From: Azolla caroliniana
Lineage: Eukaryota; Plantae; Polypodiophyta
DNA: 64,000 nucleotides
NCBI GenBank assembly: GCA_043228905.1
Contig: JBHGNT010000001.1
Coordinates: 34,348,001 to 34,412,000, forward strand
Direction: 5' to 3'
Both the position numbers and the translations under genes were made by a program. Positions 49,512-63,243 of the stretch are shown one piece after another; the stretch's first letter is position 1; each line of letters starts with the position of its first letter. The notes under the pieces are model-generated. The model saw nothing but the letters and a program-made list of their open reading frames with translations, had not been told where the DNA came from and searched no databases.

Positions 49512-52500
49512 TCATAAGAGGTCTTTGCTATTGGTAGGAGTTTTGATGAGTTCAAGGATTTGAACCACCTCTGCCATGGAGGGCCTATTGGAGGGAACTT
49601 GAGATGTGCAAATGAGACCTAATTTGATAACCGGAAGAACTTCCTCGTCAATCATTGAATCTCCAAGGTTAGGATCCACACAATTCATGGGTGTTCCGTC
49701 ATCTAGCATTGACCTCACATAATCACATAGGATGACAACATCATCTTCCATGTACTCGACCGGTCGTCTACCAGTCACAAGCTCGAGCAACATCACCCCA
49801 TATCCATACACATCACACTTTTCATTGATCCTTGAGCTTTGGCATGCAAACTCGGGGGCCATATACCCTAGGGCACTTTGGAACTTACTACTCATAAGGT
49901 ATCGATCCATCATTGGGAGCAACTTTGCTAGACCGTAGTCAGCCACCTTGGGGTTGTCACACTCATCTAACAAAACATTGCTAGATTTCATGTTGTAATG
50001 TATGATTTGCGGATGGCAAGTATGGTGGAGATGCGCAAGAGCTCGGGCCACACCAACTCCAATCTTGAATCGAGCCGGCCAAGTAAGGGTGGGTTGATAG
50101 CCTTGAAACTTCTCATGCAGCCGCATGTATAGGTTCCCATTAGGGATGAAATCATAAATGAGTAGTTGAAGTTGAGGTGTCCAATAGTATCCTTGTAAGG
50201 TCAATAAGTTCCTGTGTTTCTTCATTTGACCCAAGCATTGTATTTCCTTCTCAAAGTCAGATTGTGACTTGACCAAGCTAGAAACCATAAGCTTCTTAAT
50301 AGCCACAGTTCTCCCATCAGCTAGCAATGCCTTATAGACTGTTCCAAAACCTCCTCTCCCCACTTCACAATCTTTGTTGAGAAGAGCATGAGCACTGGTT
50401 ATCCATTCTTCTGACCTCGGATCTGAGCTCTTTGAGAACATAACAAGCTTACCAATGGGCATATCTGAACTTTGAGAGTGTGAAAAGCTCCCTAACGAGT
50501 GGGAACTCAAGGTGGAGCTAGATTGTGCATATGTATTCAAAATGAAGACTATAATCACCCCTAACAATATCGCAATCGCAGCTGAAATAGCCAAAATTGC
50601 TGTGGCACTTAACATGATGTGATGATGCCTTTCTGGAGTTAGTAGAAGTGGGTCTTCACCTGCTGGACTTATATCGGTTGTGTTCGGATTGAGCACTATC
50701 GGCTTTGGCATCACACTGGGACAAGTCACATTCACACTCGAGCCACAAAGGTCCGAATTGCCAATAAATGCTGACTTATTGAACCTTTCCAGGTTTCCGT
50801 AGTCAGGAATAGGTCCTTCAAGATGGTTGTAAGACAGGTTGAGATGGGTGAGACTCTGCAGTTGCCCAAGCTCGGCTGGTATTGCACCTGTGATGTTGTT
50901 ATGTGAAATGTCAAGCATCTGGAGGTGTGTTAAGTTTCCAAGCTCAGGTGGCATTTCTCCATACAAGTTGTTGTAAGACAAGTTTCTATTATCAAAAGAA
51001 AATGACCCAAGTTCGAGTTAGCGAGAGCTCCTGATGTCCGATGAATTTAAAAAAGAAAGCAAGTTCAAAGCAAGACAAGCTTATAAAGTACAATGTGATA
51101 CTCTTAGCTTCATAATTCGCACATGAAACATGCACAGGCACAAAATATATGCCGACATTGTACGTGTATGTGTTTCATTCACATGTTCGCACAATGCCTT
51201 TCCTGGTTTTACCTTATTTAAGACTAAGCAAATTGATAGACAAACAATTTATGGGTGTTCAAATTTGGGCTCCAAGATAAATTATACAAACTACAAAGCC
51301 ACAAAATGAATCAACAGCAACATTGTACATAACAGTGCAACAGAGAGAGAATAAACTTAGCAAAGAGAAAAACTTACATGTCTCTTAGTGAAGAACAATT
51401 CCCAACTTGTGAAGGAATTGAGCCATTGAGCTTGTTGGCATTCAGTAAGAGAGAAACAAGTTGAGTACCATAGGCAATACTTGAAGGTATACTTCCAACG
51501 AATTCATTGTGGCTCAAATCCATGATGATGAGAGCCTTTAGCTCAGTTTGGAAGATTGGAATCCCACCGGACAAGAAATTATGTGACATGTTGAGATACT
51601 CTAGCTTACCACAAGATAGAAAGAGTTGTGATATAGAGCCTTGTAGCCAGTTTAGTGACAAATCAAGAACTTGAAATGACCCACATTTAGTGTAAAAGTT
51701 AGCAGGGATCTGCCCGTGTAGCTGGTTCTTAGAGAGCTTGAGAGATAGAAGATTAGGAGGAAAAGCCTCTGGGAAAGACCCACTAAAATTGTTTGAGCTC
51801 AGATCTAAGATCCGTAGCGTATCACAGCGAGAGAGGCTTCGAAGACCCTCCCCAGACAGCCTATTTTGGGAGAAATCCACTACTTTTAGTGCTTCGAAAT
51901 CCCCAATTGTGGAGGGTATCTCCCCTTCCAACGCATTATAAGATAAGTTTAGCAATTCCAAGGAAGAAAGGCTTGACGAAGCCCATGAGGGAATTGAGCC
52001 AGAAATGAAGTTATTTGCCAAGTTTAGAGCAATTAGAGACCCCCCAACTGTAGTAGGGATCTCACCAGAGAGCACATTGTTGCTTAGATCTAAGATTTGA
52101 AGCACGGGGAAGGAAACCAGCTCTTTATAAACAGAGCCCAAAAGCTTATTATTCTGAAAATGTACTTCAATAACGTTAGGCCCAAGCTTAGGAAGACCTC
52201 CAGAGAGAGCATTGTTAGATAAATCTATGATTGAGAGATCATGCAGAGAAGCCAAATCCGGAATATCATTGACAATGTGATTCTTTGACAAATTCAGGAA
52301 GTGAAGATTTGTACAAGAATCAATAGAAGTCGGAATCGAACCCTGGATGGCATTTCCGGAGAGAGACAGAAAACTCAAACTAGGTTTACAGTCATGAAAG
52401 AAGTCGCTCGAAATAGGTCCAGAAATCTCATTGTTAGACAGATCAAAGCTCTTTAATGAAGGAAAATCACCCAAGTAGATATCATCAAGGGTTCCGAAGA

Positions 52501-52915
52501 GTTTGTTTTGGCTTAGATCTAGTGTCGAGAGATGTTGAAGCTGAGAAAGCTCTTCTATTTCTTGAGTTATGGATCCAGAGATGTTGTTATTTGATAGAGA
52601 GATAGTCTCGATATATTCTAGCTTCGCTAAGGTTCTTCCAATGTGCCCAGAGAGAGATAAACCATTCAGGTTTAGTGTTACAACTCTTCCATTCTCTGCA
52701 TTGCAAACTATTCCTTCCCAATTGCAAGGAGAATTATCGTCTTCATTCCATGATTTGAGTGCATTTTTGGGGTCTATGAGGTCAGATTTGAAGACGATTA
52801 GGGCTAGCAAATCATCATTCAATTGAAAAGAATAGGTCACTGAGATGAAGAACAAGAGATAGAACAGAGGAATGCATAAGAGATGGGGCATTGTTCTTAA
52901 TGGTGGGAAAGGCAT
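49512..52915 (-). CDS. LRR-VII receptor-like kinase, IRK/PXC2-like, about 1003 aa, 2 exons: 52915-51378, 50985-49512
   Basis: Signal peptide, LRRNT (LNDDLLALIVFKSDL.DP...L.SWNEDD.SPCNWEG..C), plant LRRs, PKPIVLNPN juxtamembrane motif, TM helix, GKLVMFS, ALLNKDCEVGRGGFGTVY, VAIKKL.VSSLVKSQ.DFE.E, LQGYYWTPQLQLLIY, HYNMKSSN, SSKFQSALGYMAPEFAC, CTSQVPSNRP. A phase-2 GT-AG intron joins AT|A AAC TTG. An alternative ATG lies at 52891. Confidence 0.93.
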
Positions 52916-53255
52916 ATGGTTTTGCTTGATGATCAATGATTTTCAAGGAATTGTGTGAAAACCCACATTGAGAAAAAGAGGTGAGTTTTGGTGTCTTTTA
53001 CTTGAAGCAATCACAGAAGAGGTGGAGAAGAAGAAGAAGAAACAGGGGAGGTAAAGAAGAACAAGACAGGGGAAACAGAGGAAGTAAGAAGAGAGAAAGA
53101 AGACAAAGAGTTGATGAAGCAAGCAAGAAAGAGTGAGAGGTTATTATGAGATAACCCCAAATTGAATTGAATGCAAGAAGGAGTGCTCAGTGGGGTAAGG
53201 AGAGAAAGCAAAAAACAAAAGAAACCCTTGGATGATGCCTATTCCTCCCACATGC

Positions 53256-53260
53256 TTAGA

Positions 53261-53296
<36 letters not shown>
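53256..53296. repeat. (GA)n tract upstream of the receptor-kinase gene ((CT)n on the sense strand)
   Basis: GA run about 350 bp upstream of the ATG, typical of plant 5'UTR/core promoter regions. Confidence 0.85.
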
Positions 53297-53299
<3 letters not shown>

Positions 53300-54363
53300 C
53301 CCTAAGGGATAACTAGTTGGTGACCCCTCGAGATATAGACACACACATAGCCCTTAGAGAGAGACAAATCTCTCTAGAGACATAGATGGACCCCTTGGGC
53401 CTTAAGACACAAAGAAATACCTCCTAGAAAAAGAAAGGTAGATTGTATGAATAATGAGACACACAATGAATACATTGCCTTAGTGGGGACACCATACATA
53501 CATAGTCTCTTCTCACATGATTTGAAAGAAGGGAGAACGACCAGCTGGGAGACATCTCAAGATCCCATGAGACCCCTCGTGCTGAGACAAAACCTTAAAG
53601 ACGCAGACACAAATAACACCTTGTTGAGAGAGTGTGTGAGTAAATGTGTGTTTCACACGACCTATGGGACCAAGTGAAACATATCCACGTAGCATGTATG
53701 TAGATCATAAGTCACTCTCAATGCTCATGAATTTTACTCATGTAGCATTGTGATTGAGAGTGCATAGTGCAGCCAAGAGAGAAACGGTTATAAAGATAGC
53801 ACAAGTTTGAAAATCCTCTACATTGAGAACTCTAAAACTCCTCACAACAAACCATGCATGGTTGATTAGTCTACTTGTTCATGCTTCAATGCCATTACCT
53901 CACACTTTGCCAAATAACATGTATAAGTCCATGTACTTTGAGAGATATAAACCTCAGGGTGATCAAGAGATGGCCAAAGTTCCCGTTAGAAATGCTTATA
54001 ATGAGAAACATGTGTTTGCCAAATGGTACGAATTCTACCCATATGTTAGAGAGGGCGACAATGAGGTTCCTTCACACACAAACAAGAAATCCTATGAAAA
54101 ACAAAGAAAACACCCCTTGGATTATAAGTGGAACGCTATATCGAAACACATTGCCTAACAACGCACTAAGAATATCTGTGAGTAGGAGATTTCTTTTGAA
54201 TCTCTGGAATGCTAACTTCTTGAACTACCTACCCATATATTAGACAACTTTGAACTCAAGGATATCAATTTCAAATTACATTTTTTTGCCATGATTGAAA
54301 ATGACAGGTCTCTTTATGTAAATGACAAGAGAAGGATCAAGTAGTGACATTTGGAGGGTTTAA

Positions 54364-54467
54364 AACACATTCAATGGATGTGAATGTGGATCAATTGATA
54401 TGTCCATCAACTGACAACACATTCAATGGGTGCGAATGTAGATCAGTTGATATGCTATCATCTGACA
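54364..54467. repeat. 52-bp tandem repeat x2 (diverged)
   Basis: aacacattcaatgg.tg.gaatgt.gatca.ttgatatg...atca.ctgac occurs twice. Confidence 0.85.
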
Positions 54468-55910
54468 TATAACTATAATGATGATGATACAAAGGCCATC
54501 GTAATCGCTCAAGCGAAAGGACTAGGTAAGCCTAACATTGTGAAGCCATGTCGAATTGTTAACAATTGTCAATGACATACATGGTCTCTCTAAAAGAGAC
54601 ATGTCAGGTATTATAATGGCAATAGCCAATTTATTGTGGTTTAAACTCAACATTATTATTTTTAAATGTATAATTGATTTAGTACTATTGAAAATGGTGG
54701 GTGGAGGGGTCTCTCTACGGGTATGAAATAGATGAATAGATAAGTTGGATATCAAAGGAATTAAAATTGATGGTAACTGTGGACTGGCTGGTTTATACTG
54801 TGTTTGTCGTATACCTATGACTTGATCAAGATGAAGGTATAAATCACGTAAATGAAATGATATGTAAGTATGGCTCATGGAATAGTTAACTATGACAAAA
54901 TTGTTTCTCTTGAAGAGACATCTTTAAATAGTTGAATCCCTGAAATGCATCCCATTTCAATAACTACCCATTTATTTTATGAGTATGAACTCAATACTAG
55001 TTATGTAGTTGACTTTATATGATTGAATTTTATTAGTGGACATTGACTATAACATGAATTTTTAAGGCATTTGGTCCTACAACTATCATGAAAACAACTA
55101 CAAGGCACAAATTGTCAGTGTTAATGCATAAAACCCCTATCCCAATCTAGTTCGAATTGTTATCCTTGATGAAAGCAGTGGTTAAATCATAACCCAACCA
55201 AAAAGTTCTCTTGATGATAGAACAAACAATTATTCATGCAAGGTTGCGTGGTCCTCTTGAATGACAGAAATAAAGTCATATGAATCTTAGAATTGGTTCT
55301 ACAATCTATGACGTGATGGCAACATAGGATCTTGATTTGAATTTTCCAATCCCCTATACGATCATTATGTAAATCTTGATAAGTTATAAAACTTAGCTTG
55401 TGTGTCATTTGAAAAGTCAATCATCAACGAAACATGATCTTTGTTTCTAGGAGGTAAAGCAAATAACGAGTTGGGAATACGTTCAAACATATCCTCGACT
55501 AAATGGGGCAAAATTTCTATTAAAACTATTTGACTATGACCCCCAAGTCAAACAAAAAAATGTTAATATTCTTGTAAATTGGACGTAACAAGGATATCGA
55601 TTTCACACGATTGAGGCCATTCAATGATAAAAGCTTTTGCATGGGGTCATTCCTAAGTTATGGTGGAGTTGAAAATACTATCAAGGTTGCAATCCAAACT
55701 ACAAAGAGTAGAAGAAGGGTTTCATTTATTTGGGAATCTTTCGTTTCATCATACCATTTAGTGTAGGAAGAATGCTGAAACTAAATAAAAAATCTTCTTC
55801 TTTTCTACATTCATTCTCAACATTTTGTACTTGGAGTTACCCATCATTAAAAAGGTGCCAAGGAACACATCCCTTTTTGTTTTGTGTGTAAAATGTCAAG
55901 GAAGGGAAAA

Positions 55911-56045
55911 TATGCCATTACCAACCAATGTGTACGTGGATGGCTATATGAAATGAGTGAGTGTATGTGTTATGTCTGTATGCCATTACCAACCAATGTG
56001 TACGTGGATGGCTATATGAAATGAGTGAGTGTGTGTTATGTCTGT
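55911..56045. repeat. 68-bp tandem repeat x2
   Basis: tatgccattaccaaccaatgtgtacgtggatggctatatgaaatgagtgagtgt at 55911 and 55979. Confidence 0.92.
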
Positions 56046-56312
56046 GTGTGAAAAGTTAAAATGACATGAGAGAGAGAACATTATTTCCTCATAAGATGTG
56101 GGCGTGGATTACTATGTTCATTGGAGACAACTTTCCGCTTGAAAAAGGCTAAAATGTTATGAGTTTGATTGTGAAGAGGGATTTCTTTTTTTACGAAACA
56201 TGGGATACCAAATTCAATCTATGGGATTGGGTGTAGCCCATGGTGAGGATCAAAGTCAGTTTTTGTGGACTTTATGACTACGATCTACAATACGAAACAC
56301 CAAGCCAACAAC

Positions 56313-56313
<1 letters not shown>

Positions 56314-56354
<41 letters not shown>
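56314..56354. repeat. (GA)n microsatellite
   Basis: Pure GA run. Confidence 0.95.
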
Positions 56355-56356
<2 letters not shown>

Positions 56357-56875
56357 CCAGACACATGTGTGCTCATACATAGATATACATGAAGTTAGAA
56401 ACACAAGGATCATAGGCATGAGGGTACAATTTGGATGGTCGCAAAGCCCTTCAAAAAGGGAAGGGGGTGGATGGTTACCCTCATTTTCCACGGTGGTAAC
56501 TTTCAAAATTGTCCTTTGAATGAAATGAACGAATAGTTTCTCGAGAAACAACAAGAAATGGTTATCGTTTTCGGCCGAATCACTTGGAGAGAAACAAACG
56601 GAGGGGGGCCAAAAAAGTTTGCCCCATTCAAAAGATTAAAGCAAAATGGGAAAACAACGGAGATCTAGTTTAGTTAAAGTTGATGTGCGTTACTGGAGGA
56701 AGCCCATTGGTTTGAGTGTGTGTTTTCCATGACATTATACATATCTATATGTTGATTGGAAGGTCTAACTTAAAGAACAAGCTTTAATTAATTAAGCCAA
56801 GGCGATAGAAAGGTCATAGTTTATTATTTTTTGAAGGGCGTGGAAGGTGATGATAAGCCAAGATTTTGGGCGTGG

Positions 56876-57083
56876 CACGTGCATGGGCGTACCCTCCCCT
56901 TCGCACGTGCTAAATCCAGACGCTGACGTGGTCCCGGGATGCACTCGTCCTTCCTCTCGGCCTCACTCCCTAACCTGTCATCGGCCGCCACGTGGATCCG
57001 GGGTTCCATGAGACCGTTTGGGCCAGCCACGTCACTTCGCTCAGTGGGCTTTCTTCGCCACGTGGAGGCTTTCCGCCACGTCA
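56876..57083. promoter_or_regulatory. Cluster of seven ACGT-core elements (G-box/ABRE/Hex) in a GC-rich island
   Basis: CACGTG at 56876 and 56904, TGACGTGG at 56924, GCCACGTGG at 56987 and 57057, GCCACGTCA at 57026 and 57075. CpGs are retained although the surroundings are AT-rich. Confidence 0.65.
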
Positions 57084-60000
57084 GCTCGCGAACTCCGTAA
57101 TAACAATTGTTTTTGTTTTTTTTTTATCCTTCACCCTTTTGTTTTTCCTTTTTTTAATTTAATTTCTTTTTGTGTTTTATTTTTTTGGGGGGTGGGGCTC
57201 TTTCTCTTCTATTTTAGTACATTGTTTTACCTTTTACCTTTTTGATGAGTGGGAGGGATCCTTCGTTTCTTGGGATATATATATATATATATTGTGTGTG
57301 TGTAGTCTACCGTCTCGCATCCCAAACAAGCAACCTCCCCCAACCCCTAGAGAGAGCCATTGAGCTCCCCAACCCCTGTCAATATTCCATCCTCCCGACA
57401 TGTTATGTCCTCAACCTCCCTCTCGTTCTTCGCCTTTTCTTTCTTACTATCCTTTCCACAACCATTGTACAGGTACTTCCTCCCCTCTCGTCACCCCTGA
57501 CAAGATGCCTCTTCTCGCTCCACGATCCCACCATTCATCCAAAGATGCCCCATATAGGTTACATAATGTGAAGAATGTGTCAGTCCTTCCCACCTCGAAA
57601 CTGAGTAAAGCTTGGCAGTGTGATTCACTCACATTTGGCTCTACTACACACACCTACATACATATGCAAAAATAAGTCAAAGCCATCTCAAAGGCAAAGT
57701 GAGTGGGGTGTTCGAGGATCCGCCTACTACAAATGAGTGTTGGTTATGGTCGAAAAGCAAGTGTTTACTTAAAAAACATAGAAGCTTTACAAAGCAAGAT
57801 AAAAGTTATTCTCCAAAAGTAGCAAAAGTTTAGGTCTATCCAATGAGGGAGACCTTAGATTAGAATAAAGAATTAGCCAACTTTGCGTATCGTTACCTCA
57901 TCTCATCCTAAAGTATCTTTACGAAAAATCATAAAAAGTGTAGCTTTTATATGCATTGCACTTCAAAACCCCTTACCGAACTAACCCGTTGTGTAAACTA
58001 GGAGTAGTTAACTAGGGAAGGAGCACAATGGAAAGATTGAGTAAAAGCGAAAAACAATAGTTGTGCCAAACTATACTCTACCACTAATGAGCATGCTCGT
58101 CACAATCAAGTGATAGAATAGGGAAAAAAAAAACAGGTTGATAGATGGTTTTATGTTCTCACTACATTTATAATGTAGCGCACTTTTAGGGATAAAGAAA
58201 ACTTAAGTTGTTAAGAAAAGTAGCCAAGACAATGTTGTTTTTTTATTGATTTCTTTTAACAAATGAGTATAACGAGGAAAGAAGAATATTGATGTCTACT
58301 CACACCAATATCCTTGAGTTGCGCACCTCTGAAAAGCAACTTGATTCTAAGGACTCGAGAGAAGAAATGAGGGGTATGGAGAGTTCTTTATTGTCGTATC
58401 CAAAACTATTTTGTACATGACAAATCATTCTTAACATGTTGTCATGACACACGAAATGAATATCTCAACTCTTTCTAGGTTCCCTAGACTTTGGTTCAGC
58501 AAGACTATTTTCATGAAGCCATGGGCACTCTATATATGAGATGGGACCTCTATCTATATGTTTGAGTCGTACACAATCCAACATCGCAACAATATTAAGA
58601 AATAAACTATTGTCTAGTTAGGTGATTTGGGGGCGTCTTACATCGGAAAAGACAACATAATAATAATAACAACTATTGTATCCATCTAAATACACAAACA
58701 TATTGATATGCACTTTAATAATTATAGACCTAGATATATATATACAAGGAATAACCTTATCGAATTGTCAGTCGACTAAGATAGCATAACTCTTATCGAA
58801 TCAATATAAGAATTACATGATAATAAATGGAAGAACTTATATAATGATCATAACTTTGAATAACCTTAAGGTGCACATAGATCTTTCTAGTCCTATTCAT
58901 CCTATTAATGTTGTTCAACATTTTCTTACCTTCGAATTTTCACACAAGTTAGATTTCAACTAGTTTTCTTTGGGAATGTTGTTTTCATACTTGATGAATT
59001 TGCAAGGTAGTAAGACATTACATGGCACGATTAAATGCACAATAAAGTTTGAAGTGTGCATGTACAAGTTAAATGAATTTGGTTGGAATGGTGGAGAGAA
59101 AGATTTGAATGGCACTCAAATTTAGGAAACATAAAAGTTGCTCCTACGACTTTCTCTCCATTGAAATATCATGATGGTGGATGGCCTATATAGCTTATAG
59201 GGCCAGATGTATGAGGAAAATGTAGGACATTGCTTTATCAATTACCAAGATAGTCAATTGCTTTATAACAATTTGTAACTCTTATAATTACAAAACTATG
59301 TTCCTAAGCTCTTCAAATATTGTATTAAATTTTTCTATAATTGATGCTTAACCTCTAGATCCTATAAATAAATACTAAATGAGAACCAATTTTCTTGTTG
59401 AAATTAATAATGCACATTGATCACACATTTAATATTGTGTCAATTATGTATATGTTTTAGCAACATGAGAAGAGGAATTTCTCGCCAATGCAAATAAATA
59501 AAAAAGCACTTATCACTTTCCATTGCATAGTTTATACTTTGAACAAGTAATGATGATGGTAAAGTAGCATTGAACACCAACATTAGTAGTATGTTCATGA
59601 TTGCAGGTTTTGGATGGATCAAACATTTCTTTACATGACCCTCTAGATGATTTCCTATTTCTCGCGTACAATCTTACAGTTGATCATGCACAACACCTAC
59701 TGTGACAATGTGGGGGTTTGCGTGGAGGACAAAGTGGTATGGTAAGCCAAAAACCAATGGAAGTATGGCCGTAAAAAGAATTATTATAGTAATTTTAAAC
59801 ATTGTAATTTTTAGCATCTTGACATTTTTATGGGGCTTTGTTGACTCCACATGATGAAGCTTTGTATTTTATGATTGCTTTGGATTGGATGTCTTGGTTT
59901 GTTCCAATGTAATCAATATAAATATACCTCTCGAGGGAGGAGACTCGGTTAATAGGCAAGGAGCAACTACAAATTGTAATCCAATATTATGCAAGAGTTA

Positions 60001-62047
60001 AAGACACTAGATTTGATTTTAATTATCTTCGGAATTGCTTGTGCGAAATTGTTAACTATCTAAAGGGGAGCATTTATTCTCTTAAATTGTCTTTCTTTGC
60101 ATAATTCAATATATTATAACTACCTAATAATGTACGCTTCATTTTGAATATGTATTAATGGATCACGAAGAATAGGGGAATCCATATTCATTCTTACATC
60201 AATCACAAAACTTTCTCATTCACATTCATTGATAGGATGCAAGTTTGTATATCAATCAATTAACCGAGATAGAACTAACTTAGGGCAGCAAATCCAAATC
60301 CAAATCTCTCTTTACGAGGTGTGTTTTTTTAATTATTGGATCCGAGCACTTTGAATATTGAAATGACGAAGTCCAATGAAATCTTTGCAAGAGCGATAAC
60401 TATGGACCACGACTCTCTAAAGTGTTACCGATATAAAAAGGCAAATAACATAGAAGTAAAAAGTTTTAGGGCTAGAAACGCCATGCAGGTATCACAAATA
60501 TAAGCTTAAATAGTCTTGTAAATCTAACATTGACCTCCTGTACAAATGATAAAAGCACCTATCTACTATTGCTACTTTATTGTTACGAATGAGACGCGCA
60601 CTCCCTTTCATAAATGAAGCCATGATCAAAATTTTGGACACATCATCCAACGATGCCCTCGACAATAAGTACAAATTACTATAGGTATGAAAAGATGATA
60701 TACACAAATGTCCAAGACTGTAAAATTGCATATGTGCTCATAACACATATACATCAATTATGAGGGGAAGGGAGCGGATTGTGAGGTTAGACTCCATTAA
60801 TTGATCGTTTTGAAAAAGGAGGCATGAAAGCTTAGCTACTGTTTAGAGGAGGCACATGGATACAAACAACCTCAAGAGTGAATGGCCTTTAAGGCCTTAA
60901 ACAAGTGTGCCCTTTGTGTATGCAAGCATTTATGTGTGTGGCCAAATCATTTCCATTGCAATTCAAAGTTGTACAAAATTTTCATACATCATTTTTGGAG
61001 GATGTTATTGGTTATACTTTGTACATTATTACATTGTGTATGTGCAACAAGACTGCACTACAAAGTGACTGATACATCGGTGCTAGGATAGCACACTATT
61101 TTGCCAAGAAAACAAAGCACAATGCGTACGCACTATTCATTATGTGACATGCATGGCATTAAGGGGTCGCATATGTTTTATATTTGAAGGCCATTAGAAT
61201 AGCTACAACTTACTAGCACTAGTAATATATGTCTTTGAAAGTTTCTTTGATATATAAGATATGGGACAAGTTATGATGAGGTCACCAAACTATGACATAG
61301 TTCCCAAAAATGCCACTCTCTTTAAAACAAATATATTTGGAATTCAATCAAGTATGAGTGACGTTTAGCTTATGCTTGTGTATGATAACCCTATACTATT
61401 GAATTTTTCACACTTAATTAGTTTAATCATAGGTACTAATTGGCATTTTAACCAATTAGAGCCTTACTACACACATCGGGAGTACACTTTCTCTCTCCAT
61501 AATAAGTATGTACCTAACTAATCTATCAAATTCCTTATTTTCAAAAGGATTGGCCATTTATTTAAATTCTAAGTAATTGTTGAGGTTATTACTTGATTCT
61601 AGTGACAATTAAGTTAAATAAGTATGAGAAAGGGGTGACATTTTTGCAAGATGTGCTCGCTTATAAATGCATGCATTATTGTTGGAATGCCATAGGAGTA
61701 TGAATTAAATGCATCTCAGCTTTACCGATTTCTCGAAATCTGTGGCACATTTGGTATTTCTTAAAGTCAGTTGACATTTTGTGAATCACACGCTATAGGT
61801 AATTAGCCCTTACAAGTACCAAAATTTATCTCATAAATTAAGTTCTAATTGGTGACTAATTGTCATGCATGTGTATAGATTGGACTTTAAGTTGTATCAA
61901 TCGACAGAACGGGGATATTTTCATCACATTGCTATAAAAGAATTTGAAGTTACCACAATAAACTTAATCATGATTGCATGTCCCACACCACTTTGTCTCA
62001 ATATGCCATCAAATTTATTAATGTCCTTGCAAGCTCACACATGTACA

Positions 62048-62404
62048 CATAGTTGTTAAAAAATGTGTACTCTATGTTTAGAATATGTTTTAGAACTGTG
62101 CCAATTTTCAAATTTTCACGTATTCGAAGAGTTCGATGTATTCTACGTATTTAACATTTCGAAAAACTTCAGAGATTTTTTAAATTCTAAAATTATTTAT
62201 TTTGTAAAAACTGCTTTAAAATTTAAGAAGTGTTCAATGTATTTTAAACGTATTCTACATATTTTTAGTATTCTACACATATTCTATGTATTTTATATAT
62301 ATATATATATGTAAAATACGTATTCTAAGTATTTTCTCTAAAAAGTTAGAATATTTAGCATACGTATTCTGCGTGTATTGTATGCTAAGTATTCTACAAC
62401 AAAG
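62048..62404. mobile_element. Possible decayed hAT-like MITE
   Basis: Begins CATAGTTGT and ends TTCTACAACAAAG, with many TATTCTA/TAGAATA internal motifs. No convincing TSD. Confidence 0.4.
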
Positions 62405-62557
62405 TAATGTGAAATTATCATTTCGGTAACCAAATCTTACGAACATGATGCCACTATCACATTGTATTCAACCATTTTTTTGGTAATTTCATTGTTTCTG
62501 AATTTACACAAGAAACTTCTATATAAATAGCGAGCATTTTAATACTCACAATTTACC

Positions 62558-63243
62558 AGCCTTGTGGAGCGCTGCGGCATGGATTGATCACTCGGTCGAA
62601 GGGTGGACGGACACCGTCAATGCGGATAGTTGGTGTTATGTATGCACGAGAGGCAAAATCGTCAAGATCCGTTTTGAAAGAGGGTTGCAGCCTGCATCCC
62701 CTAGGTTTCCAGAAATCTGGATGTTGATCGCAGGTTTCACCTTGTGGTATATATGGAAAGCGCGTTGCCTCAAGGTTTTCCAAGGTACGATACGACCCCC
62801 GGAGGAAGTGATCATGGACATATGGTTCGCGCTTATCAGCTGCCTACGAGGGCAACTGGAAGAGGTTTGCAGCCACTCCAACGACGTGGTCTCTGCCCGT
62901 TTGCGCTTTTGGCAGAAATGGCGGAACACACCTATGGTGATGCAAGGCGGGAGTGGCACGAGGTGGAACTACCAGGCCCCACGTTGGTTGTTTCCTACTC
63001 ACCTGCCACCCTCTCTTCGTTGTAGGCCCCAATAGCCAAATAGTACTAGGCAACATTGAAGGGCATTGCGTTGGATATAGGTAGCTTCTTACATTAAGTT
63101 AGGCCACAAGGCATTGTAATAGGCTCATCTTCTTTTACTTGATCGGAGGAAGACTCCCTGATGTGTGTATAAGTCTCCTTGTAGACTCTCTATGTAATAA
63201 TCCTTCCTAACTAATGGGAAAGTAGCTTCATTTTGGAAAAAAA
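62558..63243 (+). mobile_element. 5'-truncated L1-type LINE
   Basis: ORF ..LWYIWKARCLKVF...DIWFALISCLRGQ...WNYQAPRWLFP. The 3' end is AACTAATGGGAAAG..TTTTGG(A)n. 17-bp TSD aatactcacaatttacc (62541-62557) / aatactcgcaatttacc (63244-63260). Confidence 0.92.

Noticed and set aside
52916-52936. ORF-track start of the receptor kinase at 52936
   Set aside because: That codon is TTG. The first ATG is at 52915.
53800-55700. Short ORFs of 110-120 aa as genes
   Set aside because: No recognisable domains or splice structure. They are probably old transposon debris.
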